From contig NC_042999.1 of the NCBI RefSeq assembly GCF_006345805.1, positions 46,004,001 through 46,068,000 on the forward strand: 64,000 bases of DNA. The letters are read 5' to 3'. This document shows, in pieces, positions 51,566 through 61,905 of the stretch. Numbering within the stretch: the stretch's first letter is position 1; every line of letters starts with the position of its first letter. Below the pieces are notes generated by a model. That model did no database searches. It saw nothing but the letters and a program-made list of their open reading frames with translations, and had not been told where the DNA came from. The DNA is from Octopus sinensis. Taxonomy: Eukaryota. The position numbers were made by a program, and so were the translations under genes.

Positions 51566-52328
51566 TATATATATATATATATATATATGACAGGCTCTTA
51601 TATAATTTTGTCTACCAAATTCACTTAGAAGGCATTAAGTTGGCCTGGTTCTTTAATAGAAGACAATTGCCCAAGGTTCTGTGCCATAGGATTTGAACCC
51701 CAGACTGTATGTATGCAAAGAGAGTTTTTTTTACTACACAGACATGTCTGTGCTTTATATATTTCCCTGACCCCCCCACCACCACCACCACTACCATGCA
51801 CACACTCATGATGGAAAATTTTAGATTAGAAAGCTTCCTAACAAGCTTACTTTGATAGTTAGGTTTGTTGTGTTATTTCATTTATTGTCTGTGTCTGTAA
51901 TTTTTGGCTGTGTTCAGTGGTTTGGATAAATAATGGACTGATTACCAGACTGAAAGACAAAAAATCACAGTGAAGGATTCAGTGTTGTTACAAGGGTCAA
52001 ATGATTTTTTTTTTTTGCCTTTTTAATTTTTATTTTCTAATTATTTTCAACACTCACACACACATACACACACACACGTGCACAAGCATACAATCAGGCT
52101 TAGGTGTCCACATATATATCATAACAAATGCAATCTCATGCACATATATATCCAAACACATACAGGAATACACACACCAGCCTACGAATTACATTGTATG
52201 TGTTGCTTCTCTGTAGAAATGTTTGCTATTAGTTGTTGTCATTCAAATGATTATGTCTCATTAACCTTTTGTCGAAAGTAGATATATACATTACATATAT
52301 ATATTACATATATATATATATATATTAC

Positions 52329-52364
<36 letters not shown>

Positions 52365-52367
52365 ATA

Positions 52368-52565
52368 TGAGGGGGTGCTGAAAAGTTATGGGTATTGTGG
52401 AAGGCCCAATCTTCTGAGTTCTTTGGCAGGGCTTACAGAAACTGAAGGACTGCTACAATAAACGTGTGAATCTGGGAGGGGAATATGTTCAATAATATCA
52501 TAATTAACTGATCTTCCAGTATTTTCCTTTATCCAAAGCCAGGAACTTTTCAGCACTCCCCCCCA
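52368..52565 (+). mobile_element. Mariner deletion derivative (~198 bp)
   Basis: TIRs gagggggtgctgaaaagtt / aacttttcagcactcccc with TA flanks; internal GLQKLKDCYNKRVNLGGEYVQ* resembles a mariner transposase C-terminus. Confidence 0.8.
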
Positions 52566-52732
52566 TATGTGTGTGTGTGTGTGTGTATACATGTATGAGT
52601 GTGTGTGTGTGTGTGTATACATGTATGTGTGTGTGTCTTTGAAATTGTTCTATGTGTTTGTGCAGAATATTTCATTTAAAGTTGAGTGAAATTTCAAGTA
52701 CAAGGTATTTTTACACTCTGTTATTTCTACAG

Positions 52733-53161
52733 GTGGAATGCAAACGAGCTGAACCTCTTGGACGTATGAAAGGTGACCAAAATAGTGGCCAGGCATTACC
52801 AACGTCACTAGATCAACTTCAGCATCAGTTGATGCTGCCAAAAGACCAGGTCCCAGACGGATTGTCAGCGTGGAGGCCCCCTTCTGCTGTACTTACTGAC
52901 AATGGAAATATCGGTGCTAAACCTGGCTTTGAAATGGTCAATGGCACCAGCACTGCTATTGGGGATGCTGCAGGTTGTAGTAACATTGATGCAAATGGTG
53001 TGCGTAGCAACCCAGCTGGAGTCTGTGGCGCTGCTCTGCCTTACGTTGCAAATCCCCCGGCTAGTAACGGTGTGAAGGTTTCCATGTACCATCAACTGGT
53101 TAGCTATCCTGGGATTTACTCTGTTAGTCAGCAGCAGCAGTTTCAGCAACAGTTGCAACAA

Positions 53162-53193
<32 letters not shown>

Positions 53194-53230
53194 TCAGCAA
53201 CAGCAGCAACAACAGCAGTTGCAACAACAA

Positions 53231-53274
<44 letters not shown>

Positions 53275-53311
53275 TCAGCAACAGCAGCAACAACAGCAGT
53301 TGCAACAACAA

Positions 53312-53352
<41 letters not shown>

Positions 53353-53579
53353 GCTGCAACAGCCACAGCAACCACAGCAACAATCGCCACAACAGCAATC
53401 TTTAATGCCAGTTCCGCCGCCACAATCAGTTGTTCCAACAACAAATCAGCCTATCCAATCAGATGGTTACGGACAACAGACTGCTCCGGTATATGTTGCA
53501 CAATCGGTACAATCTAGGCAACAGCCCCCGCAGGGCTACCTTACCTCTTGGGGGCAGCCACCCCCTTCTGTACCACCAG
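52733..53579 (+). CDS. DAZAP1: Large (847 nt) coding exon: RRM beta4 (VECKRAEP), ~125-aa linker, polyQ tract, Q/P/Y-rich segment
   Basis: Open frame throughout (inside track ORF 52652-53587); acceptor at 52731-52732; donor CCAG|gtatgt at 53580 (phase 1). Confidence 0.9.
53129..53353 (+). repeat. CAA/CAG polyglutamine-coding repeat (75 codons, 69 Gln)
   Basis: Counted from sequence: Q4 F Q3 L Q12 H Q8 L Q17 H Q8 L Q17. Confidence 0.95.
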
Positions 53580-53705
53580 GTATGTAAAAGTACTTTGAAT
53601 TTATGTTTTACTGATTGGTTAATAAAAGACATTACTTTGGTACACTTGTTTTCATATCTCCTCAAATATAGATCAAGGGAAATTGGAGCCAAACATAGTT
53701 CATTA

Positions 53706-54096
53706 TCTATAATATAAATTGGACATGGGCGATCATTGTATTCTTTCTTGGCTTGAGGTTCACAGCCAAACGGCTGGGTGGATTCACGTGAAAAATAGCA
53801 CACATATGGAGACGGGTGTATAGATTGGAATGCGGTTTGTATTTTTTACCTAGTCCCCATACTTACTGAGAAAATCGATCAAAACTTTTTCTAATAGATT
53901 TCCCCTCTTTCTTTCGCCATTAAAACAACCAGTTGCTGAGAAGCTGTTTTCTGACGGGGTGGGGTCAGGAAATTTTCATACAGCTGGGGACCCGAAATAA
54001 TAAAGTTGAGAAACGCTGTTATAGATTATGCCTAATCGAAAACGATCATAGCCACTTCATCCAAACAGACAGGGTGAAACTGGGCTTAGCTGCTAG
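53706..54096 (+). mobile_element. Non-autonomous Helitron-like element
   Basis: A|TCTATAATATAAA 5' end, aaacggctgggtggattcacgtgaaa subterminal motif, degenerate hairpin cagggtgaaactggg then CTAG|T 3' end; A-T target. Confidence 0.7.
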
Positions 54097-54394
54097 TTAC
54101 ATATAAAGATAAAGTATTCTTTCCAAGTCCTATGGACTCATAAGGGTCAGTTTCCTGGTTTCTGTTACATCGTCGTCATCATTATCATCATCATTTAGCA
54201 TCCGTTTTCCATGCCGGCATGGGTTAGATGGGCTTGACTGGAAAACTGATGAGTCAGAGAGCTGCACCAAGCGCCACTATGTTTTGACTTGGTTTCTCCT
54301 GCTAGATGTCCTTCCTAATGCCAATCCCTCAACTGGTTTAATATTTGTGTATTATATTAAATATGTTTATAATTTGGTGTGTATTACTTTCACG

Positions 54395-54725
54395 TGACAC
54401 AGTGGTTAGAATGTTGGGCTCACAATCATAAGGTAGTGAGTTTGATTCCTGGACTGGGCTGTGTTGTGTTCTTCAGCAAGACATTTTATTTCACATTGCT
54501 CTTGTTCACTCAGCTGTGGAAATGAGTTGTGATGTCAAAGATGCCAAGCTATATTGACCTCTGCCTTACTCTTGGATAACATTGGTAGTGTGGAGAAGGG
54601 GAGGCTGGTATGTATGGATCACTCCTGGTCTTCTATAAGCCACCTTGCTTGGACTTGTGCCTTGGATGGTAACTTTCTAAGTGCAATGCCATGGTCGTTC
54701 ATGTCTGAAGGGAACCTTTACCCTT
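54395..54725 (+). mobile_element. SINE family F
   Basis: Aligns with 38573-38897. Confidence 0.8.
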
Positions 54726-54814
54726 CACTTTCTCATGGTTTTATATTTTTAAAAAAATGTTAAATTGCAAATTTAAACATACATAAATTATGTTAAAACT
54801 TGCCTTCAACATGT

Positions 54815-55102
54815 CACTGGCATGGATGCCTTTAATGTGTCACCTGCATAAGTGCCTTTAATGTGTCTCCAGCACAGGTGCCTTTAATGTATCACCAGCA
54901 CAGGTGCCTTTAATGTATCACCAGCACAGGTGCCTTTAATGTATCACCAGCATGGATGCCTTTAATGTATCACCAGCATAGGTGCCTTTAATGTGTCACC
55001 TGCATGGATGCCTTTAATGTGTCACCAGCACAGGTACCTTTAATGTATCACCAGCACAGGTGCCTTTAATGTGTCACTAGCATGGATGACTTTAATGTGT
55101 CA
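54815..55102. repeat. 26-bp minisatellite, about 11 units
   Basis: Unit caccagcacaggtgcctttaatgtat with a few recurrent variants. Confidence 0.95.
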
Positions 55103-55389
55103 TATATTTACCCCTTAATGGGATGCCAGTCCATTGCAGGATTACTCATTTTTGCCTGCTGAGTGGAATGACGCAACATAAAATGAAGTGTTTTGCTTAA
55201 GAACACAATGTGTTGCCCAGTTCAGGGATTGAAACCGCAATCTTACAGTGACATGTACAACTCATCCCTTGAGATAAAAGTACCTTTCTTTTGAACATTG
55301 GACCTGTGACCCTCCTATGTAAAACACATTTCTGACAAAAGAGCCTCTAAGTGTTTGCTCAAAAAGTTTTATTGTTTCATTATTTTCAG

Positions 55390-55815
55390 CAAACTATGGT
55401 AACCCACCTTCTGGTCTGCCTGAATATACTTTTCAAGGACCAATCCAGGACCAAGTAAGTTCTCAGGTTTACAATCAGTGGAATGACAGAGCCCAGCAAG
55501 GCCTGCCCATCACAATGCCTTCTCAACAGCAACAACACCAGCAGCCACAACAGCAACAGCCACAACAGCAGCAGCAACAACCACAGCAACAGCATCATCA
55601 TCAACAGCAGCACCAACAGCAACAGCTTACTCAAAGCAATCAGGGTCAACTGACTACTACACCACTACCTCCAGCTGTTGCAAGTAGCTATCAAGGATAT
55701 TCACAGATGCCTCTCTTAGGACAAACCGTTCCTCCGCCTCCTAACTATGGAATTCCACAGCAAACTCTGTCACAGTCACCAGCCTTACCTCCTACTGTAC
55801 AGTATGCCAATTACA
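55390..55815 (+). CDS. DAZAP1: Coding exon, Q/P/Y/G/S-rich low-complexity region (ANYGNPPSGLPEYTFQGPIQDQ...PPTVQYANY)
   Basis: Acceptor tttcattattttcag ending at 55389 (phase 1, matching the upstream donor); open frame continuous with track ORF 55515-55823; consensus donor A|gtaagt at 55816. Length 426 nt, symmetric phase 1-1. Confidence 0.85.
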
Positions 55816-55889
55816 GTAAGTAAGAACTTTGCCAATCATTTAGCACTGAACTGTTTTGAGGGGTGCATTAAAAACGAACCTGATAGTTA

Positions 55890-56064
55890 TACTCTTTTAC
55901 TTGTTTCAGTCATTCGACCCTAGGACTTATTCTTTTTAAACCAAGTACTTATTCTATCAGTCTCTTTTACCAAACCGCTAAGTTACGGGGATGTAAACAC
56001 ACCAGCATAGGTTGTCAAGTGATGTTGCGGAGACAAACACAGACACACAAACATATACACACTC

Positions 56065-56115
<51 letters not shown>

Positions 56116-56270
56116 TTCGATGGGCTTCTTTCAGTTTCCGTCTACCAGATCCACTCACAAGGCTTTGGTCGGCCCAAGGCTATAGTAGAAGACATTTGCC
56201 CAATGCGCCATGCAGTGGAACTGAACCCGGAACCATGTGGTTGGTAAGCAAGATACTTACCACACAGCTA
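55890..56270 (-). mobile_element. SINE family B
   Basis: Matches the family-B consensus. Confidence 0.85.
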
Positions 56271-56609
56271 CTCAAATTTTATGTGATATGGATTAGAGAT
56301 TAGTGTTTTGAAAGGTGGGGAGGAGGTACTAGGTAGGGAAAGGAGAGTATGGAAGCCAAAATATGTTGCAGTGTATGGCAGAATCATAAGCATGCTGGGT
56401 AGAATGCTTAGCGGCAATTTGTCCATCTTTATGTTCTGAGTTCAAATTCTGCTGAGGTCAACTTTGCCTTTCATCCTTTCAGAGTTGATGAAATAAGTAT
56501 GAGTTGAGCACTGGTGGGGTCAATGTAATCGAGTAGCCCTTTCCTTCAAATTTCAGTCCTTGTGTCTATAGTAGAAGGGATTATTATTATTATTATTATT
56601 ATTATTATT

Positions 56610-57156
56610 GAGTGAGAGAGCAGTGCATGCCATCAAAGTGACACTGGGGTAAAATATACGAAGCCCAGTATACCCATCAGGACTATCTGTCTGATAAGGG
56701 TACACCAGGCATGTGCATATGTGTGTGACATGGTGATCTCATATCAAGGTAAACAGCGCATGACCTTGCAAGTGGGGCCCAGTTAGAATTTTCTTCTGGT
56801 CGAGTAGCCCATTCCACTCAAAAGGTCCCTGAATAAGGATTGTTTAAAGATGTTGAACGAACCACCCATGTTTCCAAAGGTAAATTATCCAAACCTCTAA
56901 GAATTTCTTTCAACACATGGCTATGATGCTCCCCCACTATTTCTGCTCGTGATCAGAGATGCACATATCGTCAGCCACTAAGGGACATGCTCAACTGGTT
57001 AAGGTCAAACAACTGACAAGAAAATCTGTGGTATTGAGCAGAATATTTGCTGTAACCCATCTTTTATACCAAGACAAAACAACGTACATGATAACACTTC
57101 CAATCAGTTAAGATCAGAAGTCATGAGAACCACTGTCTGGTACTGCATCAGGGCAT
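56610..57156 (-). mobile_element. Full-length family-H element (546 bp), flanked by (AAT)n on both sides
   Basis: Shares its 3' end with truncated copies at 17838, 23557 and 27070; no clear Pol III B-box in the head and no coding frame recognised. Confidence 0.8.
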
Positions 57157-57174
57157 TTATTATTATTATTATTA

Positions 57175-57205
<31 letters not shown>

Positions 57206-57500
57206 CATTATTATTATTATTATCATTAATATTATTATTATTATTATTATCATTATTAAGGCAGTGAGCTGCCAGAATTGTTAGCATGCCAGGCGAAATA
57301 CTTAGCGGTATTTCGTCTGCCACTACCTTCTGAGTTCAAATTCCACCGCGATCGACTTTGCCTTTCATCCTTTCAGAGTTGATGAAATAAGTATGAGTTG
57401 AGCACTGGTGGGGTCAATGTAATCGAGTAGCCCTTTCCTTCAAATTTCAGTCCTTGTGTCTATAGTAGAAGGGATTATTATTATTATTATTATTATTATT

Positions 57501-58046
57501 GAGTGAGAGAGCAGTGCATGCCATCAAAGTGACACTGGGGTAAAATATACGAAGCCCAGTATACCCATCAGGACTACCCGTCTGATAAGGGTACACCAGG
57601 CATGTGCATATGTGTGTGACATGGTGATCTCATATCAAGGTAAACAGCGCATGACCTTGCAAGTGGGGCCCAGTTAGAATTTTCTTCTGGTCGAGTAGCC
57701 CATTCCACTCAAAAGGTCCCTGAATAAGGATTGTTTAAAGATGTTGAACGAACCACCCATGTTTCCAAAGGTAAATTATCCAAACCTCTAAGAATTTCTT
57801 TCAACACATGGCTATGATGCTCCCCCACTATTTCTGCTCGTGATCAGAGATGCACATATCGTCAGCCACTAAGGGACATGCTCAACTGGTTAAGGTCAAA
57901 CAACTGACAAGAAAATCTGTGGTATTGAGCAGAATATTTGCTGTAACCCATCTTTTATACCAAGACAAAACAACGTACATGATAACACTTCCAATCAGTT
58001 AAGATCAGAAGTCATGAGAACCACTGTCTGGTACTGCATCAGGGCA
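57501..58046 (-). mobile_element. Duplicate full-length family-H element
   Basis: Offset 891 bp from 56610-57156. Confidence 0.8.
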
Positions 58047-58414
58047 TTTATTATTATTATTATATTATTATTATTATATTATTATTATTATCATTATTAA
58101 GGCAGTGAGCTGCCAGAATTGTTAGCATGCCAGGCGAAATACTTAGCGGTATTTCGTCTGCCACTACCTTCTGAGTTCAAATTCCACCGCGATCGACTTT
58201 GCCTTTCATCCCTTTCAGAGTCGATAAATTAAGCATCAGTTGAGCTCTGAGGTCGATGTAATCAACCAGTCTCCTCCTCCAAATTCTAGGCCTTGTGCCT
58301 ACAGTAGAAAGGATTATTATTATTGTAGTAGTAGTAGTAGTAGTAGTTGCATAAGCTGTATAATAAGCCTTGGGTCAGCCTTGTTCAACTAGACCTAAAT
58401 AATAACAACAACAA

Positions 58415-58860
58415 CCCTTTCTACTATAGGTACTAGGCCTGAAATTTTGAGGGAGGGAGCTAGTCGACTACATTGACCCCATTGTTCAACTCATACTTAT
58501 TTCAGTGATCCAGACTGAATGAAAGGTGAAGTTGACCTCAGTGGAATTTGAACCCGGAATGTAAAGACAGTCAAAATGAAACTAAGCATTTTGTCCAGCT
58601 TGCTAATGATTCTGCCAGCTTACCTCCTTTGTAGTAGTATTTGTAGTAGTAGTTTTAAATTTTGGCACAAAGCCAGCAATTTTGGGGGAGGAGGTAGCTG
58701 ATTTCATTTGACCCCAGTTGTCAACCGGTACTTGTTTTATTGAGCCCAAAAGGGTGAAAGGTACAGTTGACTTCAATGGAATTTGAACTCAGAACATAAA
58801 GATAGAGGAAATGCTGCTAAGCTTTTTGCCTAGCGTGCTACCAGTTCTACCAGCTCGCTG
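58415..58860 (-). mobile_element. Two minus-strand family-A SINEs
   Basis: Family-A motifs at ~58415-58630 and 58655-58860. Confidence 0.8.
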
Positions 58861-59381
58861 CTTTAGTAGTAGTAGTATTAATAGTAGTGGTGGTGGGGTG
58901 TCGGTGGTGGTAGTAATGAGCTTATTGTATATAGAACTGACTACAACTTGTCAGAAATGTGTAAAAGAAGGAACAAAAAGCAGTAATAAGTCAAAATGAA
59001 AGACAGCAGAATAGTGCCTGTACAGTACACAAAATAAAGTGAAAAAAAAAATAAAGAAGTGGACAGTAAAAGAGCTATAAAGAGAAAAGGGCACATTAGC
59101 ACATCAGGAGTGGTGTTGGCAAATTTTAGGATCCATGGAATTTTTGAAGGATGCAACTTTTGTGACAGCTATCAGCTAACATAAGTATTTTATGTCATGC
59201 TTCAGCAATTCTGAGCATGGAAAAATGTTTCTGAAAGTCATAGGTGCAGCTCTGCTTTTAGATTTTTATTAGCAAAAAACAGAGATATTCTAGCTGGAAC
59301 CATTCTGTCTTTCCAGAAAGAATATATCCAGGACTACATTACCCAATATGTCCCCCCCACTTTTTTTTTCCCTGTTTTTAA

Positions 59382-59537
59382 TCCTTTAGCATTTAAACCG
59401 ACCATATCCAGCCCAAATATTCTACAAATAAACAATCATGTCCTCAAAATCTCTAAGCTAGAAGATAATACAGGATTGATTTTTAAATGTGAATGAGTAA
59501 ATTTCACACTTGACAGAGTAATCTGAATGCTAAAGAG
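59382..59537. mobile_element. piggyBac-type MITE (~156 bp)
   Basis: ttaa-tcctttagcatt / aatgctaaagag-ttag ends. Confidence 0.6.
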
Positions 59538-59905
59538 TTAGATATGTGTGAGATTTGAGGGAAATTTGGCTGTTTTTTCTAGCTATTTGAACCACTACTT
59601 AGTCTTTCTGATTGAGTCATATGCCACAAAATAAGTATATACAAAAGTGTAACTAATTATCTTCTTAGTTGCTGAATTGTCTCTGGACCCTTGTTCCTTC
59701 TTTCTGGCTGGACCCTGCCACCCTCTTAACACAGTTGCAGGTAATAACCCTGCCTTCATAGTTCTGAGAAGTCCATGTTCTGATGGTCTAATATTTGGGA
59801 AGTCTAAGCAGAATGCTAGTGGTACATAGTTACTGTGTGGTCTTCTTTATAAGAAGGATGATCTTCCTTCTTATTACTTTGCGTTAATACATGAAAGCAA
59901 TTATA

Positions 59906-60308
59906 TAGGCGCAGGAGTGGCCGTGTGGTAAGTAGCTTGCTTACCAACCACATGGTTCTGGGTTCAAACCCACTGTGTGGCACCTTGGGCAAGTGTCTTC
60001 TACTGTAGCCCCGGGCCGACCAATGCCTTGTGAGTGGATTTGGTAGACGGAAACTGAAAGAAGCCTGTCGTATATATATGTATGTGTGTGCGTGTGTTTG
60101 TGTGTCTGTGTTTGTCCCCCTAGCATTGTTTGACAACCGATGCTGGTGTGTTTACGTCCCCGTCACTTAGCGGTTCGACAAAAGAGACCAATAGAATAAG
60201 TACTGGGCTTACAAAGAATAAGTCCCGGGGTCGATTTGCTCGACTAAAGGCGGTCCTCCAGCATGGCCACAGTCAAATGACTGAAACAAGTAAAAGAGTA
60301 AAAGAGTA
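59906..60308 (+). mobile_element. SINE family B, young full-length copy
   Basis: A/B boxes, internal microsatellite, (aaagagta)2 tail. Confidence 0.92.
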
Positions 60309-60370
60309 TATAAATATGTCTGTGCATATATATATGTGTGTACATATAAATATGTCTGTACATATATATG

Positions 60371-61850
60371 TGTGTCCCACATTATTAGGCAAGTCAACCT
60401 TCTCTCAATAAATAAATGTATATTCGTTCAAAACCAGTTGTTTTCCCACTGACTGTTGGCAACATCTATCTGTGCACTTTCTGTGAAATTAAATCGGATC
60501 TGCACAGATGCTAACAAATGGCTGCCATTTTTGTGATTGGGTAACATTTTCACCACCACAAGTTATTAGGCAGGTATAATAAAAATGATAATTGTGTCAG
60601 AACAAATATTTATTTAATTCAACAATAAAGGTTTAACAAAAAACTTATTCATAAAGGACTTAATGGTAAACATAATAATACATTCAAATGAGAATAATCA
60701 TGGGATTATGATGTCATACAGCTGTTTGATATATGGTCCTCCACATGCAATAACTTTCCTTATGTGCTGATCCATTGAATTTGTGAAAGTGATGATATCC
60801 TCTTGTGTCATGCTTTGAGCAGCATCTACAATAGCATCCCAAAGGGATGCTATCCATCTTGGTAAATGCACTGCTTTAGGAAACTCCACAAGTTCTCGAT
60901 TAGGTTTAAGTCAAGGGAACAAGGTGGTTACTCTATCAAACGACCTCCAGAGAAGCTTATTTGCTGCAAATATTCCTTAGAATTCTTTGCTAAATGAGAC
61001 AGGGCATCATCTTGTATGAAAGTTTTTGCCTTTTGAACCACAGTTGGAAATTGTCCTTTAAGAAGGTAACATGTGTTTTTTGATGCCATCTAGGACTTTC
61101 CATGGCCTGACCATCATGCCACCAATGATGCCAGCCCAAAACATGACACCACTTCCTCCCTGTTGGTGTCTCAAATGATGATGACGGTTCCTGCTGATTG
61201 ATATCCAACCTTTACTCCAACAATCTGTTGATAAAATCTATCTTCATGTACTCTTCTGCCCATTTCAGTTTCTTCTGCTTATGTACAGCCTTCGGAGGGG
61301 GCTTTGTAACTGGTTTAACATTCCTGGCTACCTGCTTTAAGAGGTGACACCTATTAGTCTTCACTACATCTTCCCTGACACAGTGTTTAAAGATTTCTTA
61401 CTTGTCAGACATGGGTTCTGCGCAGCTTTCCTTTTCACACTTGACAAAGTATGATTCGAAGCAGCCCTCAACTCGCCCTTATCTGCCCTCGACCGAACAG
61501 AAATAGGAAATTGCACAAATTTCTTCACTGCTCAGTGATCTCTTCCCAGTATTTTTGATATTTCTATGTTTGTTTTTCATTTCCCAAGCTCTGACACGAT
61601 GGTAGACTTCTCGTTTGAGATAAGATCACATTTCTGACCCATAATGACCCTTCATTAGGCACTTGTTTAATAATTTGGGACAGCAGAAATGGCCGTTGTT
61701 TGTTTCTGTCTGTGCAGATTCGATTTATTTTAACAGGATTTATGCAGATAGGTATTGCCAGCATTCAGTGGGAAAACAACTGGTTTTGAACGAATATTCA
61801 TTTCCTTATTGAGAGAAGGTTGATTTGCCTAATAATGTGGGATGCAATGT
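60371..61850 (-). pseudogene. Defective Tc1-family (DD34E) transposon, ~1.48 kb
   Basis: ~85-bp TIRs (cccacattattaggcaagtcaaccttctctcaataa...ccagttgttttcccactga); disrupted transposase with GSGVMFWAGI, QDDALSH and PPCSLDLNLIENLWSFLK. Confidence 0.9.
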
Positions 61851-61861
61851 GTGTGTGTGTG

Positions 61862-61905
<44 letters not shown>

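Larger units (their letters stand above)
56461..58210. repeat. Near-identical tandem duplication (units 894 and 841 bp)
   Basis: actttgcctttcatcc recurs at 56461, 57355 and 58196; the units differ only in ATT-tract length and two substitutions that I could see. Confidence 0.95.
56375..58315 (+). mobile_element. Three plus-strand family-A SINEs (56375-56580, 57258-57475, 58099-58315)
   Basis: Family-A motifs; the middle copy is a chimera of the outer two. Confidence 0.85.

Noticed and set aside
52652-52732. Track ORF start Met at 52652
   Set aside because: These 27 codons are the intron's polypyrimidine/acceptor region; homology begins at VECKRAEP (52733).
52865-53444. Antisense poly-L/V/A ORFs (also 55386-55649)
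   Set aside because: Mirror frames of the CAA/CAG repeats.
56930-57050. Possible HDV-like or hammerhead ribozyme in the family-H element (GTCAGT/GCTGAC helix; CTGACGA...GAAA)
   Set aside because: By hand I could not form P2/P3 (HDV) or stem II (hammerhead); not supportable without a covariance search.
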